Assembly: GCA_051294905.1 (NCBI GenBank)
Contig: CM119371.1
Location: forward strand, 33,110,001 to 33,174,000
Direction: 5' to 3'
DNA: 64,000 nucleotides
DNA from: Botryllus schlosseri
Taxonomy: Eukaryota
The translations under genes were made by a program, and so were the position numbers. Positions 1 to 11,371 of this stretch are shown here, in pieces; position 1 is the stretch's first letter, and each line of letters opens with the position of its first letter. Below the pieces are notes generated by a model. The model did no database searches. It had not been told where the DNA came from and worked only from the letters and a program-made list of their open reading frames with translations.

Positions 1-92
1 TTCTTGGCATTGGCCATGCTCGGTAATGTCCATTATCGGTGGTGGCCATTCTTAGTGGTGTCCATTCTCGGTAATGGTTTGCTCGGTGTTGG
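1..92. repeat. Degenerate ~15-bp tandem repeat (GGCCATTCTCGGTAAT-like), probably subterminal repeats of a truncated element
   Basis: Repeated ggccat(g/t)ct(c/t)(g/a)gt(a/g)(a/g)tg units visible at the window start. Confidence 0.45.
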
Positions 93-178
93 TATAGAAC
101 TATTTATATATACACGAGTCTAATTATAGCACTATGTGTCCACGAGTTGACGTGCCCACCAACGCTGCCATTTTCTAG

Positions 179-960
179 GTTCTCTGATGCATTGATGGCA
201 GCCATATTCAAATCACCGCTCCAGTAAATGGCAAGCGAGATTATCAGAATAGAAAAAGATGAGAGTATATTGTATTGCAAGCTGTTGTTGATGACAATTA
301 CTGGTGAGTTCCTTGAAAATTCGACCCTTCAAAGATGTGTGATTGAAACGTGATCGTAACAATTTCTGGGATAATAATGTCACCATGCCTGGAAGTTGTC
401 ATGACGCCTTTATTTTCAAAAACTCGCGACTCTATGAAAGTATGAATTTGTTACCAAGGGTAGGTATCATGCTTTTGTTGTCATGCTGTACTTTGTCATA
501 CGACTGTTGTTCCCTTTATCAGGCTCCAGTGCGAATAAACAACGTAGAGGTTCCATTGCTGATTCTAGGAGATCCTGCTTATCCTCTGCTGCCGTGGCTT
601 CTAAAACCCTACACTGGGAGAAATTTGGACCATGCCAAAGAGTCATTTAATGCACATCTGAGCAGCGTCAGGATAGTGGTGGAAAATGCATTCGGAAAGT
701 TGAAAGAACGCGGGCGCATCATTGGCAAGAGAATTGATGCAAGAATAGACCTGGCTCCTCAGATCATTGCAACATGCTGTGTTTTACACAATATTTGTGA
801 GCGCTCCCACACCCCTATCAGTGGGTGGTTAAGCACTAATTATATTTCCTCCCAAATGATGCCAAATCTCTGATGTGTCCTCACCCTCTCCACAACTACC
901 TAATGCAACGGAAGTCCGTCATGTGCTGACTGAACACATTGGCACAAATCTTCCGCTAAG
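179..960 (+). pseudogene. PIF/Harbinger (HARBI1-like) DDE transposase, intron-containing, decayed
   Basis: Spliced translation gives IDGSHIQITAP...DYQNRK...LQAVVD | PGSCHDAFIF | LGDPAYPL...FNAHLSSVRIVVENAFGKLK...CCVLHNIC. In-frame 63-bp GT-AG intron at 460-522. One stop in the first exon. Confidence 0.9.
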
Positions 961-1081
961 ACGTAGTATAAGACCTACTTTGTGATATACTACCTTGACA
1001 AATTTGCCAGTGACTCGCTCGTTAGTTGCCTTGATTTTTTTGTTCTGGTAATTGTTTCATATAATAGTCTTTTTCGGATAT

Positions 1082-1520
1082 CGTATTTCGTGAACAGCCT
1101 GTCACAAAATTGACTTATCTGATTCCTTAGTATTGTCGCTCTGGTATGAATGTAGACTCGTAGAGCGTAGGCAGGGCAATGTTAGTACGTTTAAGAGATA
1201 CAGGAGACCTAGATAGGCATATGTTCTAGACTACGTTTTTGCCTTCTTAAGTATAACGAAGTGTAAGGCATTTGGAGTGCCAGACATTAAGAACAACCTG
1301 CTGGAGTGATGGTGGACGATCCAGAATTGTAACTTTAAGCTGTCATGTTACTCATTTCTGCCAGAAATTAAAGCCAATCTGTCTCTGCTTGATCTGTATT
1401 TGAGGTATATCTAACTAAATATCTTCGGATTTAGGCTATACTTGTACTTAACTCAAGATAGGCTATACTTGTACTTAACTCAAGATATAAGTACTGTTGC
1501 TTGTGAACTTCTTCGTAACA
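1082..1520. mobile_element. Possible solo LTR
   Basis: Flanked by GATAT (1077-1081 and 1521-1525). Ends GTAACA, begins CGTA (TG mutated?). Contains ATTAAA and a perfect 27-bp tandem duplication at 1432-1485. Confidence 0.45.
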
Positions 1521-1989
1521 GATATATGCAACACAAGGTTTTATACTGCTTTTATTATATAAAAGTTATCCTAACAATACAATTTAACCTAAGTAAATAG
1601 CACACATAGAAAAAAATACACAAATTCATTCATGTGATAGCTCAAATCATCGGAGTGGCACCGTCGCTGTTCACGTGAAGGCAAAATTCACTTCAGTCCG
1701 TGGCCCATGTATATAGAAGAAGACAGTCGACTGTCGCGGTAGGACAACACGTGGTTGGTCGGAATCGCCCCAAAGTATATTGCCAGATCGTTGTTTTTGA
1801 GTTGGTCGAAATCATTGCGATGACTTCACACACCATGAGTAGAGCTCGGTACGGCGGAAATGTGACGATTGCCAATTCTGTAAAATCTCCACGATAGCAT
1901 GACGTCGAAAAGGGCATCGTAGTACAACTAAGACTAGCACAATTTAATGAATAGTAAAATACAATAACAAGCCTAGCAATAGGAGCCAG

Positions 1990-2149
1990 CAGGGTTGTAA
2001 TGACTCGAGTCATGATTTTTTGGTGACTCGGGTCATTTTGTTAAAAATGACTCGACTCTAATCAATTTGTGTATTGACTCGACTTGTACTAGAGTCATTG
2101 CGCACGACCCGGACTAAAACATATGACTCGAGACTTGGTTACAACCCTA
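1990..2149. mobile_element. Short hAT-type MITE with GACTCG subterminal repeats
   Basis: TIR CAGGGTTGTAA / TTACAACCCTA; degenerate 8-bp TSD ggagccag/ggaaccat. Confidence 0.7.
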
Positions 2150-2172
2150 GGAACCATTCCGATAAGCCGTAC

Positions 2173-2470
2173 CTCATTTCTGCATTTAATCTGCCAGTCG
2201 AGTGATAGATGACATGAACTTCATCATCATTTCTCAGTTTGCCTGGCTTTCTTGCTGTAGAGCATTTAGTTCTTCACGCCTAAGCTTCCGCTCTTCGTCA
2301 AGATGGCTGAACAGTCTATCTTCAAAACTTCCAGATCCTAGTAGGTAGCAAGAACATACTTTTCTTTTTACCTCAATAAACAAAGAAATAGAGCATACAT
2401 TTTCCCTTATGCTTAGACGTTCTTTGTCTAGATCGTTCTCTGTTCCTGCTGCCAGACGTTGTGGAAGACT
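2173..2470 (-). pseudogene. Decayed spliced coding remnant (C-terminal coiled coil), likely the accessory gene of the Harbinger element
   Basis: Minus-strand exons with AG/GT boundaries: ESSTTSGSRNRERSRQRTSKHKGK and GSGSFEDRLFSHLDEERKLRREELNALQQESQAN*EMMMKFM; convergent on the transposase. Confidence 0.45.
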
Positions 2471-3009
2471 CTGGAATCAAGAATGTTATTGCTGCGACCG
2501 CTTTGTGTTAATTTACTTGCATAGAAAAATAAGATATAACATAGAAGTAGAACCCAAGTCAACTTCTGATTTCAAACTGTATCTTTAAATTTTACCAAAA
2601 AATACGCAGACATGTTTGGAAATTGTCAAAATAAACTAGATGTATACCGTACGGTATCTTACCTTTTACTGGATATTATTGCTTGCGGACTCCGACATAA
2701 CCGTAACGTATACTTAATTAACCACAGAACTGCAAAGGAAGCATATATCGTGTGAAATTCTTGAAAATTCGCCGATCAATTGAAATCTATTATAGCCGCT
2801 AACATTTCTCGGCCAGCGATCTTCCCTACTTCTCACGACAAAGCGTGAAATACCCTGCTCCAAAGCCGAGTGTCAACACTCACGGCAAAACACACGATAA
2901 AATCGGCCGCCATGACGACGGGCTCAGTATTCTCTGGAATCGGTCACACATAACCGATCAACTGGAAATCTCATGACGCATTCAGGTGTGTCGTGACACC
3001 AAATTTCCC

Positions 3010-3275
3010 CATGTCATTTAGGCGCCCATGGACAATTAAACCTATATGTATTTTGAAGGTTATATGTACCGAAGTTTTCGGTGTTAATTTGCTCTGAATA
3101 CTCATTAAGTATATCCTATCACCACATCATCTACTGCGAAGCCATTTTTCTCCAGCGCCCCCCATACCGCCCCCTGAGCCCAGCGCCCCCCATATCGCCC
3201 CCTGAGCGTTTCCGCCCCCCTTCAAGATCGCCAGCGCCCCCTGGGGAGCGCTGGGGGCAAGGTTAAGAACCACTG
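3010..3275. mobile_element. MITE fragments (GCGCCCCC-rich right end)
   Basis: Ends GGTTAAGAACCACTG like other MITE TIRs here; 3013-3056 matches 16416-16465. Confidence 0.55.
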
Positions 3276-4937
3276 ATGTACAATATTCCATAGCAACTGT
3301 AGATTTATATAATGGGGATTTATAAAGAGTATATACGCTACTTCACGTCATGAGATTGAATGCAACCCGCATGTGCAATAATAGTATGCGCAAGCTAATT
3401 TAAGCAGGTCAAATAAGTTGCAAACTTATGCAGATACTGTACTTTCTCGCTCGCCAATCAACCTCAAAGCACTCATACTATGCTAGTAAATATTTACAGG
3501 ATGTCAAACTTGAACACGATATATATAAATACGGAACACACAAACGAGTGCTAGTGACTTTTCGACGTGTAGTGTACTGTTGCGGTCTAGTGTTGTAATG
3601 TAGTGTTGAGGTGCACTGCAGACTTATGTATTTCCATTGCTTCTTGAACAGTCAGTTATACAGCGGTCTATACATATTCCAATATCGAGATCGCGCCGAT
3701 TATAGAAGATTATCAATGCCATTTTGTAATTCTCAAATAAAGGGATAGCTATATATTATTCTATTGGTTTAAGTTACTCGACGAAATCACAATCTCTAGT
3801 TCGAAAACTATAATGTCGATAAAACCCCTGTTTAGTGTGTGTTTAAAGTGACTGTCAATCTAAAACTGTGCGCTCGAAGCACGCAATCACGCAATCTACA
3901 TTATAAACGAATTATGAATACCAATGCAGTCGTCGAAACATATTGCTTGTCGTCTGTATACTATACGCACGAAGCACGACGAAAATTTGTGGATGCGAAC
4001 ATTATTGTGAAAAGTACGTTTGCAATAAGAGATCGGGAAAAACTAGAACTGTAGCTTTTGAAGTTACTCACGTCAAGTATGGGCCATCGAATTTTCGAAG
4101 TTCAAAGGCAGGAATCCAGTCAATGCATTTTTCAAGAAGATTTAAGTACAGATGAAGTGACTATTTATTCGGAATAGACCAACGAATATGTATTGTTACT
4201 TATAAGTGAGAACAGTGCTGTATCGCGCAAAGATGCGCAGAACTGGTAAATTGCGCAGTTAAAGTAATGGCCTCGCCGTAAAACTATTATCAGGATATAA
4301 CAAGAAACCTCAGAAAGTTGAAACAAATTGATACGACTCAATTCACCACTTTACACACACAGATAAATATACAATATACATACACAAATTACACTAACAC
4401 AAGATACAATTTAAGCCTACACCATTGTTGATGTTTCGTTGTAGCTATGGAGCTGTAGTTGTCGGACGTAAAGTATTACTTATGCTGGGGTATTCCAACC
4501 GGCAAATTTTACAATTAATCGATCCAAAGTAGCCTACATGGATTGTTAATGTACGGAATTTTGTACCTGCCATGGCCATCACCGATCATGAAATTATCCT
4601 TAACAAAACAGACCTAATCTCTGAGAATGATATTAGTTGTCAACTGTATTTTCCGCACTCTTAAGCACTCACTGTGCAATAACGTAACAGGTGAGATTCG
4701 GTCGTTAGGTGTCGTTTTTCGCATCGTTCCTTAAAGTTATCAGTATCATGGTTATACGTAGCACGAAGGAAATGTGACGGACAAACCTGCGGAGGTGACG
4801 ATTGGGGTGCAGCTATATCGCATATGCGAGAGATGTGAAACTATTGGCAACCGTGTGAATTGTGGCAGCGACATGAGTTTTCATGTCATATCATTTGATT
4901 TGACGGCCGCGATAATGTTTTCTGTTCTATTAGCTAG

Positions 4938-5960
4938 TCGAAAGCTGGTCCAGGACTGGCAATCATTGCAGTTTGACGGGGATATGGTTCCTAGCGTTCA
5001 TAAAATATGCTAGCATAGGTCTACTTTCTCTTTATTACATCGAATTGTGTCTTATTGCGTTGTACATTGTGTGTGTGTTGTTCAGATGAAAATATAATCA
5101 GACGATTATTGATTATATCGATAATTGCTCGATTGGTTGGGAAATTGTCACAACAACCAAAAAGATACAAATGGTGTATATAGAATAGCAGATACATGAT
5201 TGCGGACTGAATAAATTAGTTGCCGCATCTTCAATGCATGAAAAACGCAACAGTCCTTCATAAACGTTAGCTTTACCACGGTATGGAATTGAAATGTGAA
5301 ATGTGCAATTTATAGTTTTAACTACGACCTAGCTACAATATCGGTAGGAAAAACCAACGGAGCATATACAAGTAACCATGACGTGCTTAAGGCCTCTCGA
5401 AAATCCAGCAAGATGTGACTTCAACCTTGAATCATTGCGAAAATATTTGACACGCGAGTCATTGCCATTGGTGATATTTTTACATTTGTCACAATGCCGT
5501 CAAATGGCATCTCTGACTCGGCGTACATACATTTAACTACCAAAACTTCGCAACACTGGAATACAAAGAGCGAATACGACTGACGCAGCTGCACAAGTTA
5601 CTTGTGGGGTGTTGGCAGGTCCATTTTCCAAACGAGAATCTGCAACGCTTGGATGCGAAAAGTAAATGTAATCAACACTCCTGTGAGGGTGTGAATTCTC
5701 TATAATTGAATATCGAACCAAAATAGAATTGATTTTGGATACATGTCAAGAGCTTTTACAGAACACGTTTCTACGACAAAATCGAACATAATCTCATTTG
5801 AGCACTGTATAATGTCCGTCGTTCGTTATTATGAAGTAATTCAAAATCTTTGTACGTGCAATGCACCTATATAATTTGAAAGGATTGTTTAAGAGACGCT
5901 AAGTAGTACGGAACCTAATTATAGCGTTGGATAATGAATTCATAGTTATTTACCGAAGAT
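4938..5960 (-). pseudogene. Highly decayed rhodopsin-like GPCR remnant, copy 1 of a tandem duplication
   Basis: Mixed-frame translation: RFSFGKWTCQ (ECL1-like), QVTCAAASVVFALCI (TM3-like), LSTSWLLVYAPLVFP (TM4-like), MYLLFYI (TM5-like). Nucleotide paralogy with 7061-8700 is directly visible. Confidence 0.4.
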
Positions 5961-6167
5961 TTTCGAGAGAACACATGTCGGGGGCTGGAGTTGATAACTG
6001 TGACGTCAGTCGGTGTGCAATCTATTTACAAAAAAGTCTATTTATTTAGTGTCATTATTAAAAACAATGATAGACATAAAATATTATGACCTGAAATTAC
6101 ACTCATTTTAAAATATGGAAATGGAAAACCACGACGCTCTCGAAGCTCGACTTCGGTTCTGTTAGAT

Positions 6168-7050
6168 CAGGGCTGGCCAACCTTTTCGGAAAAAGGGCCA
6201 CATGAGATTTTACGAACCATTGCGCGGTCCACTTGGATTTTGATGTCCTTTTTTAGTCGTTCGATATAAGGGGGATCCGGATTAGGTAACGATAAAAACG
6301 ACTTATATTACAAAACATTCAAATCGATAACAACTGTGTCATGAAAACTCTGTATATATGTCCTGGCCACGCGAAGCGCGAAATTTTTTCTGCGTTGATG
6401 AAAGAATTAGGTCAATAAAGTAATGTTAGTTGCATATATCGTGGGTCATCCCTGTATACCGCTATTATGCTCATTTGGCAAGGACATGAATAAACAGCGC
6501 TTGGATATATCAATATCGAAGATTTCAGTGAACGTTCGTCCATCACTTTGTGCCGACGATCTTTCGGCGATCATTCATCGCCGAAGATCTTTCGGCGAGT
6601 GCAGACGCGAACTCGCATGTCGGACTACATGTTCTCGCATAATTGCCAATATAGTTCAATTCCGTAAATTAGTCGTATTTTTAATTTTCAGGGGAGGCAC
6701 TAGTATACTAAAAGCAAGAAATCGATTGGCCATAAATCGCGCTCAGTGCTAAAAATATAAAGTCAAATAAATCTGCCACGAAATATTCAACTTTATGTTC
6801 ATATACGAAGATCTACGAAAATGTGGATGGCCACTGGCTACGCCAATACGCCAATACGTCGGACCTGATATTTTAGTCATCAGCATCACAAAGTCCACGG
6901 TCAGGCTAATCAAACTTTAGTTTGTTCTTGCAAGTTCACAATAAATTACCTGCGTATATTTTATATTATATTTCGGGAATTGCCTTGCGGGCCACTCAAA
7001 ACCTTCTCGCGGGCCACCTTTGATCGCGGGCCACGGGTTGACCGACCCTG
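6168..7050 (-). mobile_element. hAT-type MITE, free-standing copy; same family nested at 19347-20185 and 26688-27535
   Basis: TIR CAGGGCTGGCCAAC / GTTGACCGACCCTG; perfect TSD TGTTAGAT (6160-6167, 7051-7058). Confidence 0.9.
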
Positions 7051-7799
7051 TGTTAGATGATCGAAAGCTTGTCCAGGACTGGAAATCAATGTAATTTGGC
7101 GGGGCTATTGTTCCTAGCATTCAGATAAGATGTTCGTCGGTCTACTTGCTTGATTGGTTCAAAAATTGTCACAGCAATAGAGCAGAGACACATGGTATTC
7201 ACACTTGGAGATATATGATTGCTGAGTGGATGAAGCACTAGTTATATTTTTACGGCTCGAAAAACGCAACAGTACGTCACACGATAAATTTCATTCATTA
7301 TGAGAGTAAAGTGTGGATTCTGCCATTTAAACCACGACTTATTTGTAGCCCTTGCAGCATTCGTCGGTAACATCACAGAAGCGGCTAGAAGTGACTGACT
7401 TAAAACCCCTCCAAAGACTAGCAACATATGACTTCAGCGGTAAATCAATGCGAAATGCATGCTAAAATAATTGGCACACGAGTTCTTGATATTTGTTATA
7501 CTTCAGACAACAAGGTATCGCTGATCCCATACGTTTGCGTCATTTTCCCAGTGAAATTTCGCAACACGTGAGGTCAAACAGTGAATACGGCTGACACAAT
7601 TTCGAAGGTTACTACTACTGGTGGTGTGTTGGCAATTCCATCTTTCAAACAAAAATCCGCAACGCTTGGATGCGAAAAGTAAATGTAATCAACACTCCTG
7701 TAAGGGACACACCTATGATGTGAATTCTTTATCACGAATAGCTTCTTGGAGGTACAGAACTTCAATATACAAATAAATAGTATATTCATATTGAAATGA

Positions 7800-7833
7800 A
7801 CCCGAATATTTTCGGCTGACACTCGTCAGGGGT
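7800..7833 (-). ncRNA. Minimal type I hammerhead ribozyme (inverted pLTR copy)
   Basis: Reverse complement reads ACCC-CTGACGA-GTGTCAGCC-GAAA-ATAT-TC-GGGT. Confidence 0.8.
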
Positions 7834-8383
7834 AATCGTCAGCAACTAGTAGAGAATTGGAAAGAACATTGTATATCAACAATCGTATCACAAAATATGA
7901 CGACACCAGCATGAAATTTCGAATGAGAGAGCGTTCAATGTACTATTTTTAGGTGATACACGAACTCCTTTTGTTGACAGAGTTTTGGTTGGTCCCCAGA
8001 TTTATCAGAACACGTGCATCACGCGATGTGAAAAGCTCACCCTTAACTCATCCACTTAAGATTGATGCTGATCGATCAAAGGCAATTAATTCTGCCATCG
8101 GCAAACATCTGTTGGATAATCCGATTTGTGCGAATAATTATCGAGACGACCGATTTCGAATCGTAGGTCGAGGCCGTTCACAATTCCATTTGTGTGCCTT
8201 GGAATCAACTTTTATCAAAATACACCAACCAAAACTCTGTCAACAAAAGGAGTTCGTGTATCACCTAAAAATAGTACATTGAACGCTCTCTCATTCGAAA
8301 TTTCATGCTGGTGACGTCATATTTTGTGATACGATTGTTGATATACAATGTTCTTTCCAATTCTCTACTAGTTGCTGATGATT

Positions 8384-8417
8384 ACCCCTGACGAGTGTCA
8401 GCCGAAAATATTCGGGT
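8384..8417 (+). ncRNA. Minimal type I hammerhead ribozyme in pLTR
   Basis: Stem I ACCC/GGGT, CUGACGA box, G-C closed stem II, GAAA, palindromic ATAT in helix III, cleavage triplet UUC. Confidence 0.8.
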
Positions 8418-9017
8418 TCATTTCAATATGAATATACTATTTAATTGTTTATCACGAATGTTGAATTTATTTTCGTTACGAGCCATGTGCTTCTACAGAA
8501 CACGTTTCTATGACAATATCTAACATTATCTATTTTGAGCAGTCAATAATGCTCGCTGCACGTCCTGCTACCGCGATTCACAGTATTTGTGCGTGCTATG
8601 CCCCTTTCTAATTTATAAGGCTGTGAAAGAGACGCCCATACGGAAACATATCATACAGTTGGATATACATATGTAGGTATTAGCCTACCAAAAACTTCCC
8701 GAGCTGACGCTCATCAGGGGTTGCAGAAAGCTATGAAACAAACATACAGAAACTTTTTCTCACCAACCGGCATCGCTAATCACATAGTACAAATGTTTAT
8801 TTAAAATGCGAGAAAAACACATTGCAGATACGGAAAACGAGTAAATGAACTATTTTCAAATATCACATAAACTCGTTTGTTTGCTAACATTGGGTTGACA
8901 AATTGCAATAGGTATGGACTTGAGAATAGAGAAATGAAATAAATTGCGAACCTTTGACAAACTGCTCTAGATAAAAATTCACTGCAGAATTTGGTGATCA
9001 AGAAAGCCAGACAAGAT

Positions 9018-9280
9018 ACCGTAATGGTGAAGCGTCCGTGAGTTCAACCCCCATCGGGTCCGACCAATGACAGTAAAACTATGGTATCCGTGGCTCACCC
9101 GCTCAGCATTTCCCGGAAAGCATGGATGAATTATCCAAATGTGGTACAGGAATCTAAAAGTCCTACAAGGTTATTTCTTCACCTTCATTGTCTCGCGGCA
9201 TATCCACAAGCTGATAATGAAATGATGTATATGTTGCAATAATATCAAGGGGACAAATATGCCACGTCCTATCTATATAC
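9018..9280 (+). mobile_element. tRNA-derived SINE, decayed
   Basis: A-box-like GTAATGG and B-box-like GAGTTCAACCC followed by a non-tRNA body. Confidence 0.5.
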
Positions 9281-9499
9281 AGACAGTTTAATTGAGAATA
9301 ATCACAATCAAAATACCATACATTCTGCAGGTGCCGCGTATTCCTTGGGAACTCCCGTGGACCGTCTGGTCAACTGGATTGTTAGAGTGTAAAATTATGC
9401 GCTGAATTTAATACTGTCTCTGCTATCAAATATGAGCTTAAAAAGTAAAATTGCAAGCGACAAGTGGAAAGGAATGGAATCATCAACATCAGGGACAAC

Positions 9500-10330
9500 A
9501 TTATACACAAATTAAAAAAGATTAAATAGAAGGGTGTATAAATATGGTGAATTTCCACAATGCAACGAAATACACGTAGAGGAATTTTTAGCCACTTGGC
9601 TGATTGTATTGGTTTGGATAAAACGAAAAGAATACAATGAATATTTAATAAAAACCATGCAGTGTGGCCTTTATTGTACTCAGATACGCGAATGTTCATT
9701 GTTCACCTTGAAAAGTCTCATCGTATTGTTCGGTCAAAACGCAACAGAGTGATAACCATTGCTCAATTATAAGTAAGTTTATAAATATTGAAGATGTAAT
9801 TGGCGTTTCAGAAGGTCGGGAGTTCGATTTTTACACGACACACCACCACAACAATCACAAATAGACTACTGGTCGGGTATCGTTTTATTAAAGGTAATGT
9901 ATAATATTTATGGCATGTGGAACAGTGAATGCTAAAGGTTCTCGAGCGCTGGTATATACATTTCTAGCAAACAGTTCTGCAAATCGTGAATACAAGAGTG
10001 TATACGGCTTACCCAAGTTACATGTGCGACGTGGCTAATTGCATTTTGTTTACAAATTTCTGCAACGCCGGGATGCTTACAGTGAATGTGATCGGCACTC
10101 CTGTGAGAACTACGGCTGCGATCTGAATTCCCCAGGAATAGATGTTTAATGGAAATCTGGAGTGGAGCAAGTTATGTTTTGATATCGTATTAAATTTGCC
10201 GTGATTAGGAAACAACTGACTACGGGAACATCACATATCGTTATTGTTCGGTCATGATACCGTGGCGGTATGATCTCGTAGCGTTGCAGTGATGCAATCT
10301 GACCGTGTCGACGTGTTTCATTTCAATGCA
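9500..10330 (+). pseudogene. Decayed GPCR-like remnants (two partial copies); related fragment at ~17780-17930
   Basis: VLERWY (DRY-like), QVTCATWLIAFCL and FLATWLIVLVW (TM4 Trp). 9640-9780 is paralogous to 17787-17932, which reads IFIEIIVTFVVPIQI (TM5-like). Confidence 0.35.
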
Positions 10331-11371
10331 GAGGGAGCGTAGGCTACATTGTCGACTTGAAGCTGTTTTAAATATAAATCGCACGTGATCGCCGCAATTC
10401 AAAATTATTCACGCATGCAATCCGCCGGAAGTTAAGGTTGACTGATTAGGAAAGTCCCATTGCACACATCATCCTCGTACCTCTACGTAAATGAAGAAAT
10501 AATGAACAGCTGTCAATGCTTCGTGTAACGCGACAACCGAAATAGAAAACATTGCGCAAATTCACTCATGTAAAACGGATTTCTATACTTGCTACCTATA
10601 TTACCCCATTAGCCTGTTATACAGCAGTAGCCAACACCTCAAGCGCACAGATTTCGTTTTTATGCTACAATAAACATATAAAGTCAAGATTGACCCCGGA
10701 CGCCTGCTAGATTTTTTTCATCAGACAACGATATCAATTTCATTGATTGGTTGAATAAGCATCATTCGCTGACTACCTACATGTAGTGTATTTCGATCTT
10801 GGTGTTGTGTGATTGCGGGTCGAGCTCACAGCAAAGACTCACAAACGGAAATCTGGATATTTCGAGCAAACTTTTGTAACGAAGCAAGTAAAATTTTCGA
10901 GATGTCAAAGTGCATGCTCATTTAGTATTGATTTTATTACGCTGCCAGCGCCACGCTTAGTGGCCCGCAGTTGAAATGCAATAAATTTCATTTAAAGATG
11001 TTATAAGGAAGTAAAATTGTAATTTATGAAAAAGGTTCACAGTGCAGAACCTACCAAGGTTCGTTTGTGAACGCGAACCTCTAAATTTCTGAGGTTCACA
11101 CACAGAACGCGAATGTGAACCTCACGTTCACACCATCCCTACTATTTTATTCAAATTCAAATTTTTCGACGGCAATAACTTCGTTTCCACCGGTTGGAAT
11201 TGAACCAAATTTTTTATTATTTATTAAATAATAAATACAAACTTTCTTCTCCTGTAGCAAAGCGGTTACTGGCTGGAATTGAACCAAATTTTGTGTGTAG
11301 GTCAAAATTAGGTAACCTAACAATTATATCAAGTAGCCAGTACGATTTGAGAAAGAAAGTCATTTTTGAAG

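Larger units (their letters stand above)
7740..8447 (+). mobile_element. Truncated Penelope-like retroelement: GIY-YIG endonuclease C-terminus between inverted pLTRs
   Basis: ORF 7953-8282 SAIGKHLLDNPIC...FRIVGRG...LESTFIKIHQPKLCQQ; ~218-bp inverted repeat 7775-7993 vs 8224-8442; TSD TTTATCACGAAT (7728-7739, 8448-8459). Confidence 0.9.
7061..8700 (-). pseudogene. Decayed GPCR-like remnant, copy 2, interrupted by a Penelope-like element
   Basis: Paralogous to 4938-5960; RCVPYRSVDYIYFSHP, FLFERWNCQ, VSAVFTV. Confidence 0.4.
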
